Source: Candidatus Moraniibacteriota bacterium
GTDB taxonomy: Bacteria > Patescibacteriota > Minisyncoccia > Moranbacterales > UBA1568
Reading direction: 5' to 3'
NCBI GenBank assembly: GCA_030648835.1
Contig: JAUSGT010000003.1
Coordinates: 65,307-129,306, forward strand
Length of the DNA: 64,000 bases
Each line of letters starts with the position of its first letter. The stretch's first letter is position 1. Positions 8,894-18,156 of this stretch are shown here, in pieces. The position numbers were made by a program, and so were the translations under genes. The notes beneath the pieces are model-generated. The model was given only the letters and a program-made list of their open reading frames with translations, was not told the DNA's origin and searched no databases.

Positions 8894-10519
8894 ATGTCTC
8901 TATTGAACCAGCTGCGACAGTGGCGGAATAACCAGGCGCGCATCGAGGGCGTAGATACTTTTCGTGTGCTTCCGAATGCCGCTTTGGAGGCGTTGACAGG
9001 AACTTTGCCGAAAAATAAGGAAGAAATGCTTGCCATCAAAGGTATCAAAGAAGCCAAATATCGGAAGTATGGAGTGACTTTGTTGAGTATCATCAAAGAA
9101 CACTCTCACTCTTCTGTCATTCCCGTCCTCCAGTCGGCGGATAAACATCCGGCGGGAATCCAGAAAGAAAAATCCTGGATCCCCGATCAAGTCGGGGATG
9201 ACAAAAATAATTTGGAAGTTCAACTGCCAAATTCTTTGGATGATGAAAAAAAACAAGAAGAAGATCAGACGCTTTCCGTCAGTCAGTTCCTCGATGGCTT
9301 GAACGTAGAGCTCTCAGGGATGGCTTCACGAGTACAGGGTGAAGTATCGAGCGTGGATATCCGTCAGCGAGTGATATATTTCACCATCAAAGACAGTCAG
9401 GACGAAAGTACCCTCAATTGTCTCATCTTTCGTTACCAGTATGATGTTTCCGGGGTAGAGATTGCCCAGGGGGACGAGGTTATTGTGGAAGGCGTTCCGG
9501 AAATTTACAAACCGAGTGGGCGCTTGAGTCTGAAAGTCGGCGTCATCGAACTGTTTGGTGAGGGGGCGCTCAAGAAAGCCTATGAAGCGCTGAAAGCAAG
9601 GTTGGAACAAGCAGGGATGTTTGCCTCGGAACGCAAACGCCCGCTTCCGGAATTTCCCGAGCGTATTGCGCTTATTACTTCAGAGCAGGGCGCGGCTATC
9701 GGAGACTTTACGATGAATTTGGGGAGGCAGGGTTTCAAAGTGGATTTTTATCCGGTCAGCGTCGAAGGGAAAAAAGCGGTGTTTGAAATTATCAAAGCCA
9801 TACGGTATTTTGATCAACACTTCAAAAAATATGATGTGTTGGTAATCGTGCGCGGCGGCGGAAGTTTGGAAAGTCTGCAAGCGTTCAACAATGAAGCTCT
9901 CGTTCGCGAAATAGCCCAGTCGAAGATCCCGACTCTGCTTGGGGTCGGTCACGAAAAAGATGTCACACTGGCCGCGCTCGTCGCCGATATGATGGTGTCG
10001 ACCCCCACGGCGACCGCCAAACAACTGCGTTTGCATTTTGACGAGGCCAGACAACTCCTACGTCACTTCGAAGTCCAGTTGCCGACGTTGTTTCGAGAGA
10101 TGCTGGCGGATGTCGGGAATGTACTGGCGAGAGAGAGCGAGGCGTTACTTGGATATCTGCATGATTTTCGTGAAATAGTAGCGACATTGCGGCAGGATTT
10201 GACCGAGAGACTGTTCCTTATTCGAGCGGCGATAGAGCAGAAAGTCGAGTTGCTCAGGCAAGGAAAGAAAAGTTTGGAAAATGGATTTGGAGCTATTTTG
10301 GAACGGGTCACGGAGCGTATCTTGCACGTGGGCGAACGTTTGGAACAGTATGATCCGAAACAAGTATTGAAGTTGGGGTATAGTCTGGTGCGGAAGGGGA
10401 CAAGGGTGGTAAAGAATATTTCGGATATGCGGATTGGTGATATACTGGACATACAACTGAGTCATGGAAAAATGAATGCGAAGGTGGAAGAGATTTTCGA
10501 CGCTCCCGTGTCGTCCTGA
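8894..10519 (+). CDS. xseA: exodeoxyribonuclease VII large subunit with N-terminal HhH/HRDC-like extension
   Basis: OB-fold VQGEVSSVDIRQRVIYFTIKD, catalytic core IALITSEQGAAIGDF, RGGGSLESLQAFNNE; N-terminal ~60 aa VDTFRVLPNAALEALTGTLPKNKEEMLAIKGI resembles a helix-hairpin-helix module. Confidence 0.9.
   Translation: MSLLNQLRQWRNNQARIEGVDTFRVLPNAALEALTGTLPKNKEEMLAIKGIKEAKYRKYGVTLLSIIKEHSHSSVIPVLQSADKHPAGIQKEKSWIPDQVGDDKNNLEVQLPNSLDDEKKQEEDQTLSVSQFLDGLNVELSGMASRVQGEVSSVDIRQRVIYFTIKDSQDESTLNCLIFRYQYDVSGVEIAQGDEVIVEGVPEIYKPSGRLSLKVGVIELFGEGALKKAYEALKARLEQAGMFASERKRPLPEFPERIALITSEQGAAIGDFTMNLGRQGFKVDFYPVSVEGKKAVFEIIKAIRYFDQHFKKYDVLVIVRGGGSLESLQAFNNEALVREIAQSKIPTLLGVGHEKDVTLAALVADMMVSTPTATAKQLRLHFDEARQLLRHFEVQLPTLFREMLADVGNVLARESEALLGYLHDFREIVATLRQDLTERLFLIRAAIEQKVELLRQGKKSLENGFGAILERVTERILHVGERLEQYDPKQVLKLGYSLVRKGTRVVKNISDMRIGDILDIQLSHGKMNAKVEEIFDAPVSS
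9116..9202 (+). repeat. palindromic insertion element (RPE-like), in-frame within xseA linker
   Basis: GTCATTCCCGTCCTCCAGTCGGCGGATAAACATCCGGCGGGAATCCAGAAAGAAAAATCCTGGATCCCCGATCAAGTCGGGGATGAC; termini are inverted repeats and each half has an internal hairpin; encodes SVIPVLQSADKHPAGIQKEKSWIPDQVGDD. Confidence 0.8.
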
Positions 10520-10660
10520 ACGCAGTGAAGCCTGCCTGCCGGCGGACAGGGATCCCGCTGTACGAGAGGGAAACCCTCTATCTACGAGATTCTTCGTTTC
10601 GCTCAGAATGACAGGTGCTATGAAATGCGTAATTTTTATAATTAAACAGTAATAATTCTT

Positions 10661-10861
10661 ATGCCAAAAGTAAATCTGAGCGATTCTTTGAAAAAAGTGC
10701 AGGAAATCATTCACTGGTTCGATAATCAAGAAGAAGTGGATGTGGAAAAAGGATTGGAAAAAATCAAAGAGGGGACAGTTCTCATCAAAGAGAGCCGGAC
10801 GCGTTTGAAAGAAATCGAAAATGAGTTCGAGGTGGTGAAAAAAGAATTGGAAAAAGAATGA
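10661..10861 (+). CDS. xseB: exodeoxyribonuclease VII small subunit
   Basis: 66 aa; VQEIIHWFDNQEEVDVEKGLEKIKEGTVLIKESRTRLKEIENEFEVV is typical XseB. Confidence 0.85.
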   Translation: MPKVNLSDSLKKVQEIIHWFDNQEEVDVEKGLEKIKEGTVLIKESRTRLKEIENEFEVVKKELEKE

Positions 10862-10990
10862 TTTATGAGTATAGATTTTTGATTTTAGAATCTGTCGCTA
10901 TTCATGAATCTTAAATCCTCTTTCAAATGTGTTGAAGTTTCTAAAAAGAAAATAATGGTTATTTGCCCGATTTTACCGGCACTGCGCTCG

Positions 10991-11014
10991 GAAACGAAAG
11001 TTTACTTTCGTTTC
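10991..11014. promoter_or_regulatory. 24-bp perfect palindrome (candidate operator) upstream of korAB, embedded in a promoter-like motif shared with the 26436 gene
   Basis: GAAACGAAAGTTTACTTTCGTTTC; flanked by CCCGATTTTAC ... CTCACTTCGTTTGGTAATAAA, which recurs at 26346-26385. Confidence 0.5.
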
Positions 11015-11069
11015 GCTCACTTCGTTTGGTAATAAAGAAAAAAGTGTAAAAATAAATAAGGAGGAGGGT

Positions 11070-12776
11070 ATGAAACGTTTTTCAGGAGATATTTCTCTCG
11101 TTTTGGGAGGGGCGGCCGGTATGGGGGTGCAGACCGTCGAAGCTCTTTTGGTCCAAGTACTCAAGCGCGAAGGCTACCATGTTTTTGCGAGCAAAGAGTA
11201 TATGTCGCGCATCCGCGGCGGGAGTAATTCGACGGAAATCAGGCTCACCGACAAGAAAAGGAGTGCGTTTGTCAAACGCATTGATTTTCTCTTTGCGATG
11301 GACAAAGATGTGATACCACATCTCAAGGGGCGGATCTCGAAAGAGACTATCGTTTTAGGCGAACGGGAGAAAGTGTGTGGGGCAGCCCCGGAGTGTCATG
11401 CCATCGATATCCCTTTTACCCGTTTTGCTAACGAACTCGGCAATCCTCTTTACACGAGTACGGTAGCGGTTGGAGTGGCTCTGGGCATTTTGCGCGCCGA
11501 TGAAGGGGTTTTTGAAAACTACTTACGGGAACATTTTGCTCGCAAAGGTGAGGAAGTGGTAAAGAAAAATATTGAAGCGGCAGAGAAAGGCTATGCGTTC
11601 GGCAAACATATCGCATATCATGAAGGGATTGAAGTTCGTCTTACCAAGAGCAAGGCGGTAGAAAGTGAAATTTTGCTCGATGGGACGGAAGCCCTCGGTC
11701 TCGGTGTGTTGGCGGCAGGTTGCAATTATATTTCTTCCTATCCGATGTCACCGGGGACGGGACTACTCACTTTTTTGGCTGAGCACAGTAAAGATTTTGG
11801 CGTGGTCGTCGATCAGGCGGAAGATGAAATCGCCGCCATCAATCAGGGATTGGGGGCATGGTACGCCGGAGCGCGAGCCATTGTTACCACGTCAGGTGGT
11901 GGCTTCGATCTGATGGTGGAGGGAGTCAGTCTCTCAGGGATTATTGAAACACCCATTGTTGTGCACGTGGGTCAGCGTCCCGGACCGGCGACGGGATTGC
12001 CTACTCGCACCGAACAGGCCGACCTCAATCTGGTTTTGTATGCCGGACACGGAGAATTTCCCCGCGCTATTTTTACTCCAGGTACGGGAGAGGAAGCTTT
12101 TCTCATCGCACAGCAAGCATTCTATATCGCTGACAAGTATCAGGTCCCCGTTTTTATTCTGACGGACCAGTATTTTTTGGATTCGGTCCGGAGTTTCAAA
12201 GAAAATGGTTTGCAGAAAATACAGTCAGAGAATTTCATTATTGAAACCAAAGCAGGTTATAAGCGCTATGCCATCACTGCTGATGGAGTTTCTCCGCGCG
12301 GGGTACCGGGGTATGGCGATGGACTGGTCGGTATCGATAGCGATGAACACGATGAGGACGCCCATATCACGGAGAGTGCAAAGATGCGTGTTCTCATGCA
12401 TGAAAAGCGTTGGCGTAAAATGGAGGGCGTTCGTGATGAGGCGTTTCTTCCGACAGAAATCGGGGATGTAGCGCGCGCGGATATTATTATTGTTTCTTGG
12501 GGATCGAACCGAGGCGTCATAGAAGAGGCTCTCGAGATGGTAAAGCGGGATGATGTGGCTGGACTGCATTTCCATCAAGTCTATCCGTTGCCGAAAAAAG
12601 TGAAAAAACTTCTGATGAAGAAAAAGATTGTTGTTTTGGAAAATAATTTTTCCGGGCAATTCACCAATCTTCTGAAACTCGAATACGGAGTCAAAATTAC
12701 GGATACCATTCTCAAGTATGACGGTGACCCATTTTCGGTAGAGGAAGTGGTTGAAAAACTAAAAGCTATAAGCTAA
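11070..12776 (+). CDS. korA: 2-oxoacid:ferredoxin oxidoreductase subunit alpha (fused gamma-alpha domains), KorA/PorA-like
   Basis: N-terminal gamma-like domain (GGAAGMGVQT) followed by the alpha domain; partner beta-subunit gene immediately downstream. Confidence 0.85.
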   Translation: MKRFSGDISLVLGGAAGMGVQTVEALLVQVLKREGYHVFASKEYMSRIRGGSNSTEIRLTDKKRSAFVKRIDFLFAMDKDVIPHLKGRISKETIVLGEREKVCGAAPECHAIDIPFTRFANELGNPLYTSTVAVGVALGILRADEGVFENYLREHFARKGEEVVKKNIEAAEKGYAFGKHIAYHEGIEVRLTKSKAVESEILLDGTEALGLGVLAAGCNYISSYPMSPGTGLLTFLAEHSKDFGVVVDQAEDEIAAINQGLGAWYAGARAIVTTSGGGFDLMVEGVSLSGIIETPIVVHVGQRPGPATGLPTRTEQADLNLVLYAGHGEFPRAIFTPGTGEEAFLIAQQAFYIADKYQVPVFILTDQYFLDSVRSFKENGLQKIQSENFIIETKAGYKRYAITADGVSPRGVPGYGDGLVGIDSDEHDEDAHITESAKMRVLMHEKRWRKMEGVRDEAFLPTEIGDVARADIIIVSWGSNRGVIEEALEMVKRDDVAGLHFHQVYPLPKKVKKLLMKKKIVVLENNFSGQFTNLLKLEYGVKITDTILKYDGDPFSVEEVVEKLKAIS

Positions 12777-12789
12777 CGGCTAAAAGCTG

Positions 12790-13653
12790 ATGAGTATGAT
12801 TGATAAAAAATTATATGATATGCCGCAGGGGACGGATATGGCTTGGTGTCCGGGGTGTGGTAATTTTCCTATTCTCAATATTGTGAAAATGGCATTTGCA
12901 GAACTCGATATCAAGCCACAGGACGCGGTTATTTGTTCCGGTATCGGTCAGGCCGCCAAGACACCGCACTATTTGCGTGTGAACTACTTCAATGGTCTGC
13001 ATGGCAGGGCATTGCCTCCGGCCATCGCCATCAAAGTAACTAATCCCAAGTTGACGGTCATCGCCGAGAGCGGTGATGGGGATACCTATGGTGAGGGGGG
13101 CAATCATTTCATGCATACCATACGACGTAATCCCGATATCACAAACATCGTGCATGACAATATGATTTATGGTTTGACCAAGGGTCAGGCGTCGCCGACG
13201 TCCGAAAAGGGTATGAAAAATCCCATTCAGAAAGAAGGGGTCATTGTGGAGCAGTTCAACCCGCTGGCGGTGGCGTTGTCACTTGACGCGACATTCGTGG
13301 CGCGGGCCTTTACCGGAGATATTCTTCAGACGAAAGATATCATCAAGGCCGCTATTCTCCATAAGGGCTATGCTCTGGTGGACGTGTTCCAGCCGTGCGT
13401 CGTATACAACAAACAAAATACCTATCAATGGTTTAAGGAAAAAGGCTATTATGTGGATGGGAGCCACGATAAGACAGACAAAATGAAGGCAATGGAATTG
13501 GCGTTTGATCTCGAGCGTTTGGCACTCGGTATCATCTATCAGCGCGAAGGCAAGCCGACATACGAAACGCTGGTACGGGAGGGGAGTGAGCCGCTGTATG
13601 AAAAATCTTTTGATAAGGCAGCGCTCGAAAACCTCATCGATACATATAAGTAA
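12790..13653 (+). CDS. korB: 2-oxoacid:ferredoxin oxidoreductase subunit beta (TPP-binding)
   Basis: CPGCGNF, TPP motif IAESGDGDTYGEGGNH. Confidence 0.9.
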   Translation: MSMIDKKLYDMPQGTDMAWCPGCGNFPILNIVKMAFAELDIKPQDAVICSGIGQAAKTPHYLRVNYFNGLHGRALPPAIAIKVTNPKLTVIAESGDGDTYGEGGNHFMHTIRRNPDITNIVHDNMIYGLTKGQASPTSEKGMKNPIQKEGVIVEQFNPLAVALSLDATFVARAFTGDILQTKDIIKAAILHKGYALVDVFQPCVVYNKQNTYQWFKEKGYYVDGSHDKTDKMKAMELAFDLERLALGIIYQREGKPTYETLVREGSEPLYEKSFDKAALENLIDTYK

Positions 13654-13680
13654 AAACCACTCGGAATGAGTGGTTTTTTT
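13653..13680. terminator. bidirectional Rho-independent terminator between korB and convergent suf operon
   Basis: AAAACCACTCggaatGAGTGGTTTTTTT. Confidence 0.8.
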
Positions 13681-13999
13681 AATCAAGGCCGAGTTGAATC
13701 TTAGCTTCCTCGGTCATTTTGTCGATGGTCCAAGGCGGGTCAAAGGTGAGATCAATTTTTACTTCATTGATTTCCGGAATTTCCATCACGCGATCCTCAA
13801 TTTCTTTCTGAATCTGCGCGAAGAGAGGGCAGCCAATCGTGGTCAAGGTCATCGTGATGACGCACACGCCTTCTTTGTTCGTGACGATTTCGTAGATGAG
13901 CCCCAGGTCCAAGATAGACACGCCCAGCTCAGGGTCGAGGACGAGTTTGAGCTTATCTTTGATTTGCTGTTCTAGATTTCCCCCTATTTTCTTTGGCAT
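13679..13999 (-). CDS. DUF59/MIP18-family Fe-S assembly protein (SufT-like); start taken at internal Met MPKKIGG
   Basis: Conserved VLDPELGVSILDLGLIY...TTIGCP motif of DUF59; terminal gene of the suf cluster. Confidence 0.75.
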   Translation of the reverse strand: MPKKIGGNLEQQIKDKLKLVLDPELGVSILDLGLIYEIVTNKEGVCVITMTLTTIGCPLFAQIQKEIEDRVMEIPEINEVKIDLTFDPPWTIDKMTEEAKIQLGLD

Positions 14000-14096
14000 A
14001 TTTTGGAAAGTATATATAAAAAGTAGCAAGGAGTAGGTAGCAAGAAGTAAGGAAAAACCCAGTCCTTGCTGCATTCTGCTTGCTACTCACTGCTTC

Positions 14097-14369
14097 TTAC
14101 TCGGGGAAGATAACTTTCCCCGTTTCATCTTTGATAATGATGGCGGCTACCGGACAGGCTCGGGCAGCGTTCAAGATCGTCTCTTGGTCGTCCTGGTCGA
14201 CCGTGGCGAGGATGGCGGCTTTGCCATCGTCATTCAAACCAAAGGTATTGGGAGCCATAGCGGTACAGGGTGCGGCGCCAATACAGGCGATGTTATCGAC
14301 TTCTACCGTCCAGCCATTCTTCAGTTTTATCGGGCCATGTGGTTTGGCATCGTCTTTCCATTGGGGCAT
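14097..14369 (-). CDS. single-cluster 4Fe-4S ferredoxin
   Basis: Cys residues in CIGAAPC...ACPVAAI; 90 aa. Confidence 0.7.
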   Translation of the reverse strand: MPQWKDDAKPHGPIKLKNGWTVEVDNIACIGAAPCTAMAPNTFGLNDDGKAAILATVDQDDQETILNAARACPVAAIIIKDETGKVIFPE

Positions 14370-14386
14370 AGAGTTTTTGTTACGAT

Positions 14387-14752
14387 TTACCTTTTATGAC
14401 GTAGAGCGCTCTTAAGTGTTTCAAGCGAGAGAAGACCGCATTTCAGCCGATTGGGAGAAAGCCCCATATTCAAAAGCTCGAGAACATCTTTTGGTTCCAT
14501 GGAGAGCGCTTCTTTGATAGGCTTTTTCTTCACTGCTTCAGTAAGGAGTGAAGCGGAAGCCTGGGAAATAGCGCATCCGGAACCGGAAAACTTTACATCC
14601 TTTATGATATCATTTTTGACGATTATGTCCATTTGCAGGGTGTCTCCGCAGAGCGGGTTGCTCCCCGCGGCACGGTGAGTCGCTTTTTTTAGCGTCCCGT
14701 GGTTACGCGGATTGCGATAGTGGTCGAGGATGAGATCTTGATAGAGAGACAT
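14387..14752 (-). CDS. sufU: Fe-S cluster assembly scaffold SufU/IscU-like (NifU N-terminal domain)
   Basis: NPLCGD, GSGCAIS, and C-terminal Cys motifs. Confidence 0.85.
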   Translation of the reverse strand: MSLYQDLILDHYRNPRNHGTLKKATHRAAGSNPLCGDTLQMDIIVKNDIIKDVKFSGSGCAISQASASLLTEAVKKKPIKEALSMEPKDVLELLNMGLSPNRLKCGLLSLETLKSALRHKR

Positions 14753-14760
14753 AGATGAAA

Positions 14761-14870
14761 TTTCTAATTACCAATATCTAATTTCTAATGAAGTACCTAA
14801 TGTCATAATTTTGAAATTTGTCATTGAGATTTTTGTTAGAAATTAGTAATTAGGTATTAGACATTATCTC
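14761..14870. repeat. AT-rich heptamer-periodic repeat block (NTAATNN units, roughly palindromic overall) between sufS and sufU
   Basis: tttctaattaccaatatctaatttctaatg ... cattagaaattagtaattaggtattagacatt. Confidence 0.8.
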
Positions 14871-16133
14871 GCTTATTTCTTCTAGCCTAGCAACTAATTT
14901 ATCTATATCCTTCTCATCATTATAGATTGAGAGGCTTACCCGTGTCGTGGCGTTGAGATGGAACTTCCGGTGCAGCGGAGCGGCACAGTGTTCACCGGCG
15001 CGGACGCAGATGTTTCGTTCGCCCAAGAGCTGTGCGATATCGTGAGGATGAATGTCCTTGAGCGAGAATGCGACAATTCCTCCGCGCTCACTCGCTTCCC
15101 CCGGACCGATAATCCGAATATGTTTGCCAAAGGTCTCTCGCAAACGTTTCAAGGTATATGCTGTCAAAGCCGTTTCATGGACACGAATATTCTCACGGCC
15201 GATATTTTCGATATATTTTATAGCCGCTCCGAGCGCGATCACGCCTCCGATGTTTTGTGTCCCGGCTTCGAAACAGTATGGGCTTTCTCTATAGAGCGTT
15301 TTTTTTGCACAGGCATCGAGCACCATACCTCCGCCAAATATAACCGGGCGGAGTGTTTCGAGCAGGGTTTTCTTCCCATAGAGAATGCCGACCCCGGTTG
15401 TGCCGAACATCTTGTGAGCGGAGAATGCGACAAAATCCGCATTCCACTTGGAAACGTCCATGGGAGCATGGCCTATGGCTTGAGCGGCATCTATGAGAAT
15501 GATAGTTTTCGGATTGATGCTTTTGATCATGGCTACGATTTCGGAAACCGGACTGATGGTTCCCAGTACGTTTGAAACGGCGGAAAAAGCCACCACCCGG
15601 GTGTGGTCATCGATAGAATTTCGGAGTGCCTCAAGATCAATCAGTCCGTCTTCTGTGATAGGGACAACCCGGAAGGTGGCATCTTTCGCGCGGGCGAGCT
15701 CTTTCCATGGAAGGAAATTGGAATGGTGTTCCAACTCCGTCGTGACGATATTTGCTTTTGTCATCCCGGACTTGATCCGGGATCTAGATTCTGGCTCGTC
15801 GGCCGGAATGGCAGAGAAAAGAGATTTTTCAATGAGTTGAGCAACAAGATTGATGGAAGCGGTCGTCCCGGCGGTAAAAACGATTTCTTGGGGGCCTTTG
15901 GCGCCAATGAAGGCAGAAACTTGTTTGCGGACAGCCTCAAATTTTTCCGTAGCTGTTTCCGCCAGCGGATACAGACCACGTCCGACGTTGGAGGAGTACT
16001 GTTCCAGATATTCTTTTTCGGCATCGATCACCGCTTGTGGTTTGAGGGTTGTTGCGGCCGAGTCCAAGTACACCAGATCCGGATGATGGGTGAAAATAGG
16101 AAAATCAAGTTTTATAATTTTTGAGCTGAGCAT
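14850..16133 (-). CDS. sufS: cysteine desulfurase SufS (class V aminotransferase)
   Basis: PLP-Lys block SAHKMFGTTGVGILYGK, catalytic Cys region RAGEHCAAP; carries an in-frame palindromic insert (EPESRSRIKSGMTK). Confidence 0.9.
   Translation of the reverse strand: MLSSKIIKLDFPIFTHHPDLVYLDSAATTLKPQAVIDAEKEYLEQYSSNVGRGLYPLAETATEKFEAVRKQVSAFIGAKGPQEIVFTAGTTASINLVAQLIEKSLFSAIPADEPESRSRIKSGMTKANIVTTELEHHSNFLPWKELARAKDATFRVVPITEDGLIDLEALRNSIDDHTRVVAFSAVSNVLGTISPVSEIVAMIKSINPKTIILIDAAQAIGHAPMDVSKWNADFVAFSAHKMFGTTGVGILYGKKTLLETLRPVIFGGGMVLDACAKKTLYRESPYCFEAGTQNIGGVIALGAAIKYIENIGRENIRVHETALTAYTLKRLRETFGKHIRIIGPGEASERGGIVAFSLKDIHPHDIAQLLGERNICVRAGEHCAAPLHRKFHLNATTRVSLSIYNDEKDIDKLVARLEEISEIMSNT
15760..15814. 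repeat. palindromic insertion element (RPE-like) in-frame within sufS
   Basis: GTCATCCCGGACTTGATCCGGGATCTAGATTCTGGCTCGTCGGCCGGAATGGCAG; its reverse complement aligns with the mutY copy (CCGGAATCTAGATCCCGG core). Confidence 0.8.
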
Positions 16134-16144
16134 AGTCTTGTAAA

Positions 16145-16178
16145 AATTTCTAATTTCTAATACCTAATTCCTAATATC
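16145..16178. repeat. heptamer repeat array at sufD/sufS junction
   Basis: aatttctaatttctaatacctaattcctaatatc. Confidence 0.75.
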
Positions 16179-16744
16179 TTTTTTATCTCTACTATATCAA
16201 CTCCCAATTTCTCCATCTTCTGAAGAGCATCGTTGAAAAAACCATCAATAAGAAGTTTTGTCGCTTGTGTTTTAGAAAGCCCGCGCGACTCTGCGAAAAA
16301 GAGAGACTCCTGACTTATGGGGCCGGCAGTGGCGGCGTGTCGGCAGCGCACATCATTGGCCAGAATTTCCAGCGTCGGTTTCAGAGAGACTTTGGTATTG
16401 GGGGAGAGAAGAATAGCACGGCTTTCTTGTGAAGCATCGCCTTGTATTGCTTGTTTGTTCATAAAGATAGATCCTTCGTAGGCGACTTCGGATTCATCGG
16501 AGAGAACGCTCTTGATGAGCGCGTGAGAAGTAGTTTTTGGCGCGAGGTGTTTTTGAAAAATTTTGAGCGTTGCCTTGTCGGTATTACGCCCAATAAAGAA
16601 AGAGAAAATATGAGCCTCCGCTCCGTGCCCCGCGAGTTCAATCGTGATAACTCCTGTACGATTGAGCATGAAGAACACACGCTTCTCGTTTGTTTTGAGA
16701 CGATAGAGTGGAGTTGCATCTTGTGAGATATCTTTATATTGCAT
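16157..16744 (-). CDS. sufD: short SufD-like Fe-S assembly protein (SufB/SufD C-terminal beta-helix core only)
   Basis: SufBD-family motifs (HGAEAHIFSF..., CRHAATAGPI...); 195 aa. Confidence 0.75.
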   Translation of the reverse strand: MQYKDISQDATPLYRLKTNEKRVFFMLNRTGVITIELAGHGAEAHIFSFFIGRNTDKATLKIFQKHLAPKTTSHALIKSVLSDESEVAYEGSIFMNKQAIQGDASQESRAILLSPNTKVSLKPTLEILANDVRCRHAATAGPISQESLFFAESRGLSKTQATKLLIDGFFNDALQKMEKLGVDIVEIKKILGIRY

Positions 16745-16749
16745 AAGCT

Positions 16750-18156
16750 TTATCCTACGCTTCCTTCCATTTCCATATTAATGAGTCGATTGAGTTCGAT
16801 GGAATATTCGAGAGGAATCTCTTTGACAATCGGATCGATGAAGCCGTTTACCAGGAGCCCCTCCGCGTCTTCTTTCTTGATACCGCGCGAAGTGAGATAG
16901 AAAAGTTTTTCCGCTCCGATTTTTTCCACTGTGGCCTCATGTTCGACGACAGCGCTCGGTTCCTGGATATTCATCGTGGGGTAGGTATCCGAACGGGAAA
17001 GGTCGTCGAGGAGAAGCGCATCGCAGACAACAGAGGCCTTGGCGTTTTTGGCTCCACGCCCAATGTGAATGAGTCCACGATAGGAAGTGCGTCCGCCGTC
17101 TTTGGAGACGGATTTGGAAATGACACGCGAGGTGGTATCCGGTGCGAGATGCACCATTTTGGCGCCGGCATCCTGGTGTTGCCCTTGACCGGCATAGGCG
17201 ATAGAGAGCACTTCTCCGTGAGCCCCGCGCCCCGTCAAGTAGACCGCCGGGTATTTCATAGTGATGCCGGAACCGATGTTGCAGTCCACCCACTCCATTA
17301 TGGCGTTTTCACCGGCCTGGGCTCTCTTGGTGACAAGGTTATAGATATTCTTGCTCCAGTTTTGAACGGTAGTATAGCGAACGCGGGCGTTTTTTTTCAC
17401 GAATATTTCTACGACAGCGGAATGCAACGAATTGGTGGTATAGATCGGCGCAGTGCAGCCCTCGATGTAGTGGACGTAGCTTCCTTCTTCAGCAATGATG
17501 AGCGTTCGTTCGAACTGACCAAAAGCTTCAGCATTGATGCGGAAATAGGCTTGGAGGGGAAGCTTCACGTGGACACCTTTGGGGATGTAGACGAACGAGC
17601 CGCCGGACCAGACGGCCGAGTTGAGAGCGGCGAATTTGTTATCGTGAGGCGGAATAAGCGTACTCATATATTCTTTGACAAGCACGGGATATTTTTTGAC
17701 AGCCGTGTCCATATCGCAGAAAATGACTCCCAGCTTGTTGAGCTCACGGTTAAAACTTTCGTAGACGACCTCGGACTCATACTGGGCCGAGACCCCGGCC
17801 AGGAATTTTTTTTCCGCTTCCGGTACGCCGATGCGGTCATAGGTTTCTTTAATCTCTTTTGGCAGATCATCCCAAGAGCGAGCCTGCTTGTCGGTAGCTT
17901 TGAGGTAATAGGTGATGGCTTCAAAATCGATTGGGGAAAGATCGGCGCCCCAACTTGGCAGAGGCTTTTTTTTGAATGTCTCATACGCGCGCAGGCGAAA
18001 ATCACGCATCCATTTTTGTTCGTTCTTGATAGTGGAGATCTCGGTTACGATCTTGGCAGTGAGACCGAGACCGGTTCTTCGGACGGAGCGCTCTGGCATG
18101 GCAAATCCATACTTATAATCACCGATGTCAACGGTTTTTTTCTTTACATTTTTCAT
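16750..18156 (-). CDS. sufB: Fe-S cluster assembly protein SufB
   Basis: 468 aa, full-length SufB-like; 4-nt overlap with the sufC stop. Confidence 0.9.
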   Translation of the reverse strand: MKNVKKKTVDIGDYKYGFAMPERSVRRTGLGLTAKIVTEISTIKNEQKWMRDFRLRAYETFKKKPLPSWGADLSPIDFEAITYYLKATDKQARSWDDLPKEIKETYDRIGVPEAEKKFLAGVSAQYESEVVYESFNRELNKLGVIFCDMDTAVKKYPVLVKEYMSTLIPPHDNKFAALNSAVWSGGSFVYIPKGVHVKLPLQAYFRINAEAFGQFERTLIIAEEGSYVHYIEGCTAPIYTTNSLHSAVVEIFVKKNARVRYTTVQNWSKNIYNLVTKRAQAGENAIMEWVDCNIGSGITMKYPAVYLTGRGAHGEVLSIAYAGQGQHQDAGAKMVHLAPDTTSRVISKSVSKDGGRTSYRGLIHIGRGAKNAKASVVCDALLLDDLSRSDTYPTMNIQEPSAVVEHEATVEKIGAEKLFYLTSRGIKKEDAEGLLVNGFIDPIVKEIPLEYSIELNRLINMEMEGSVG

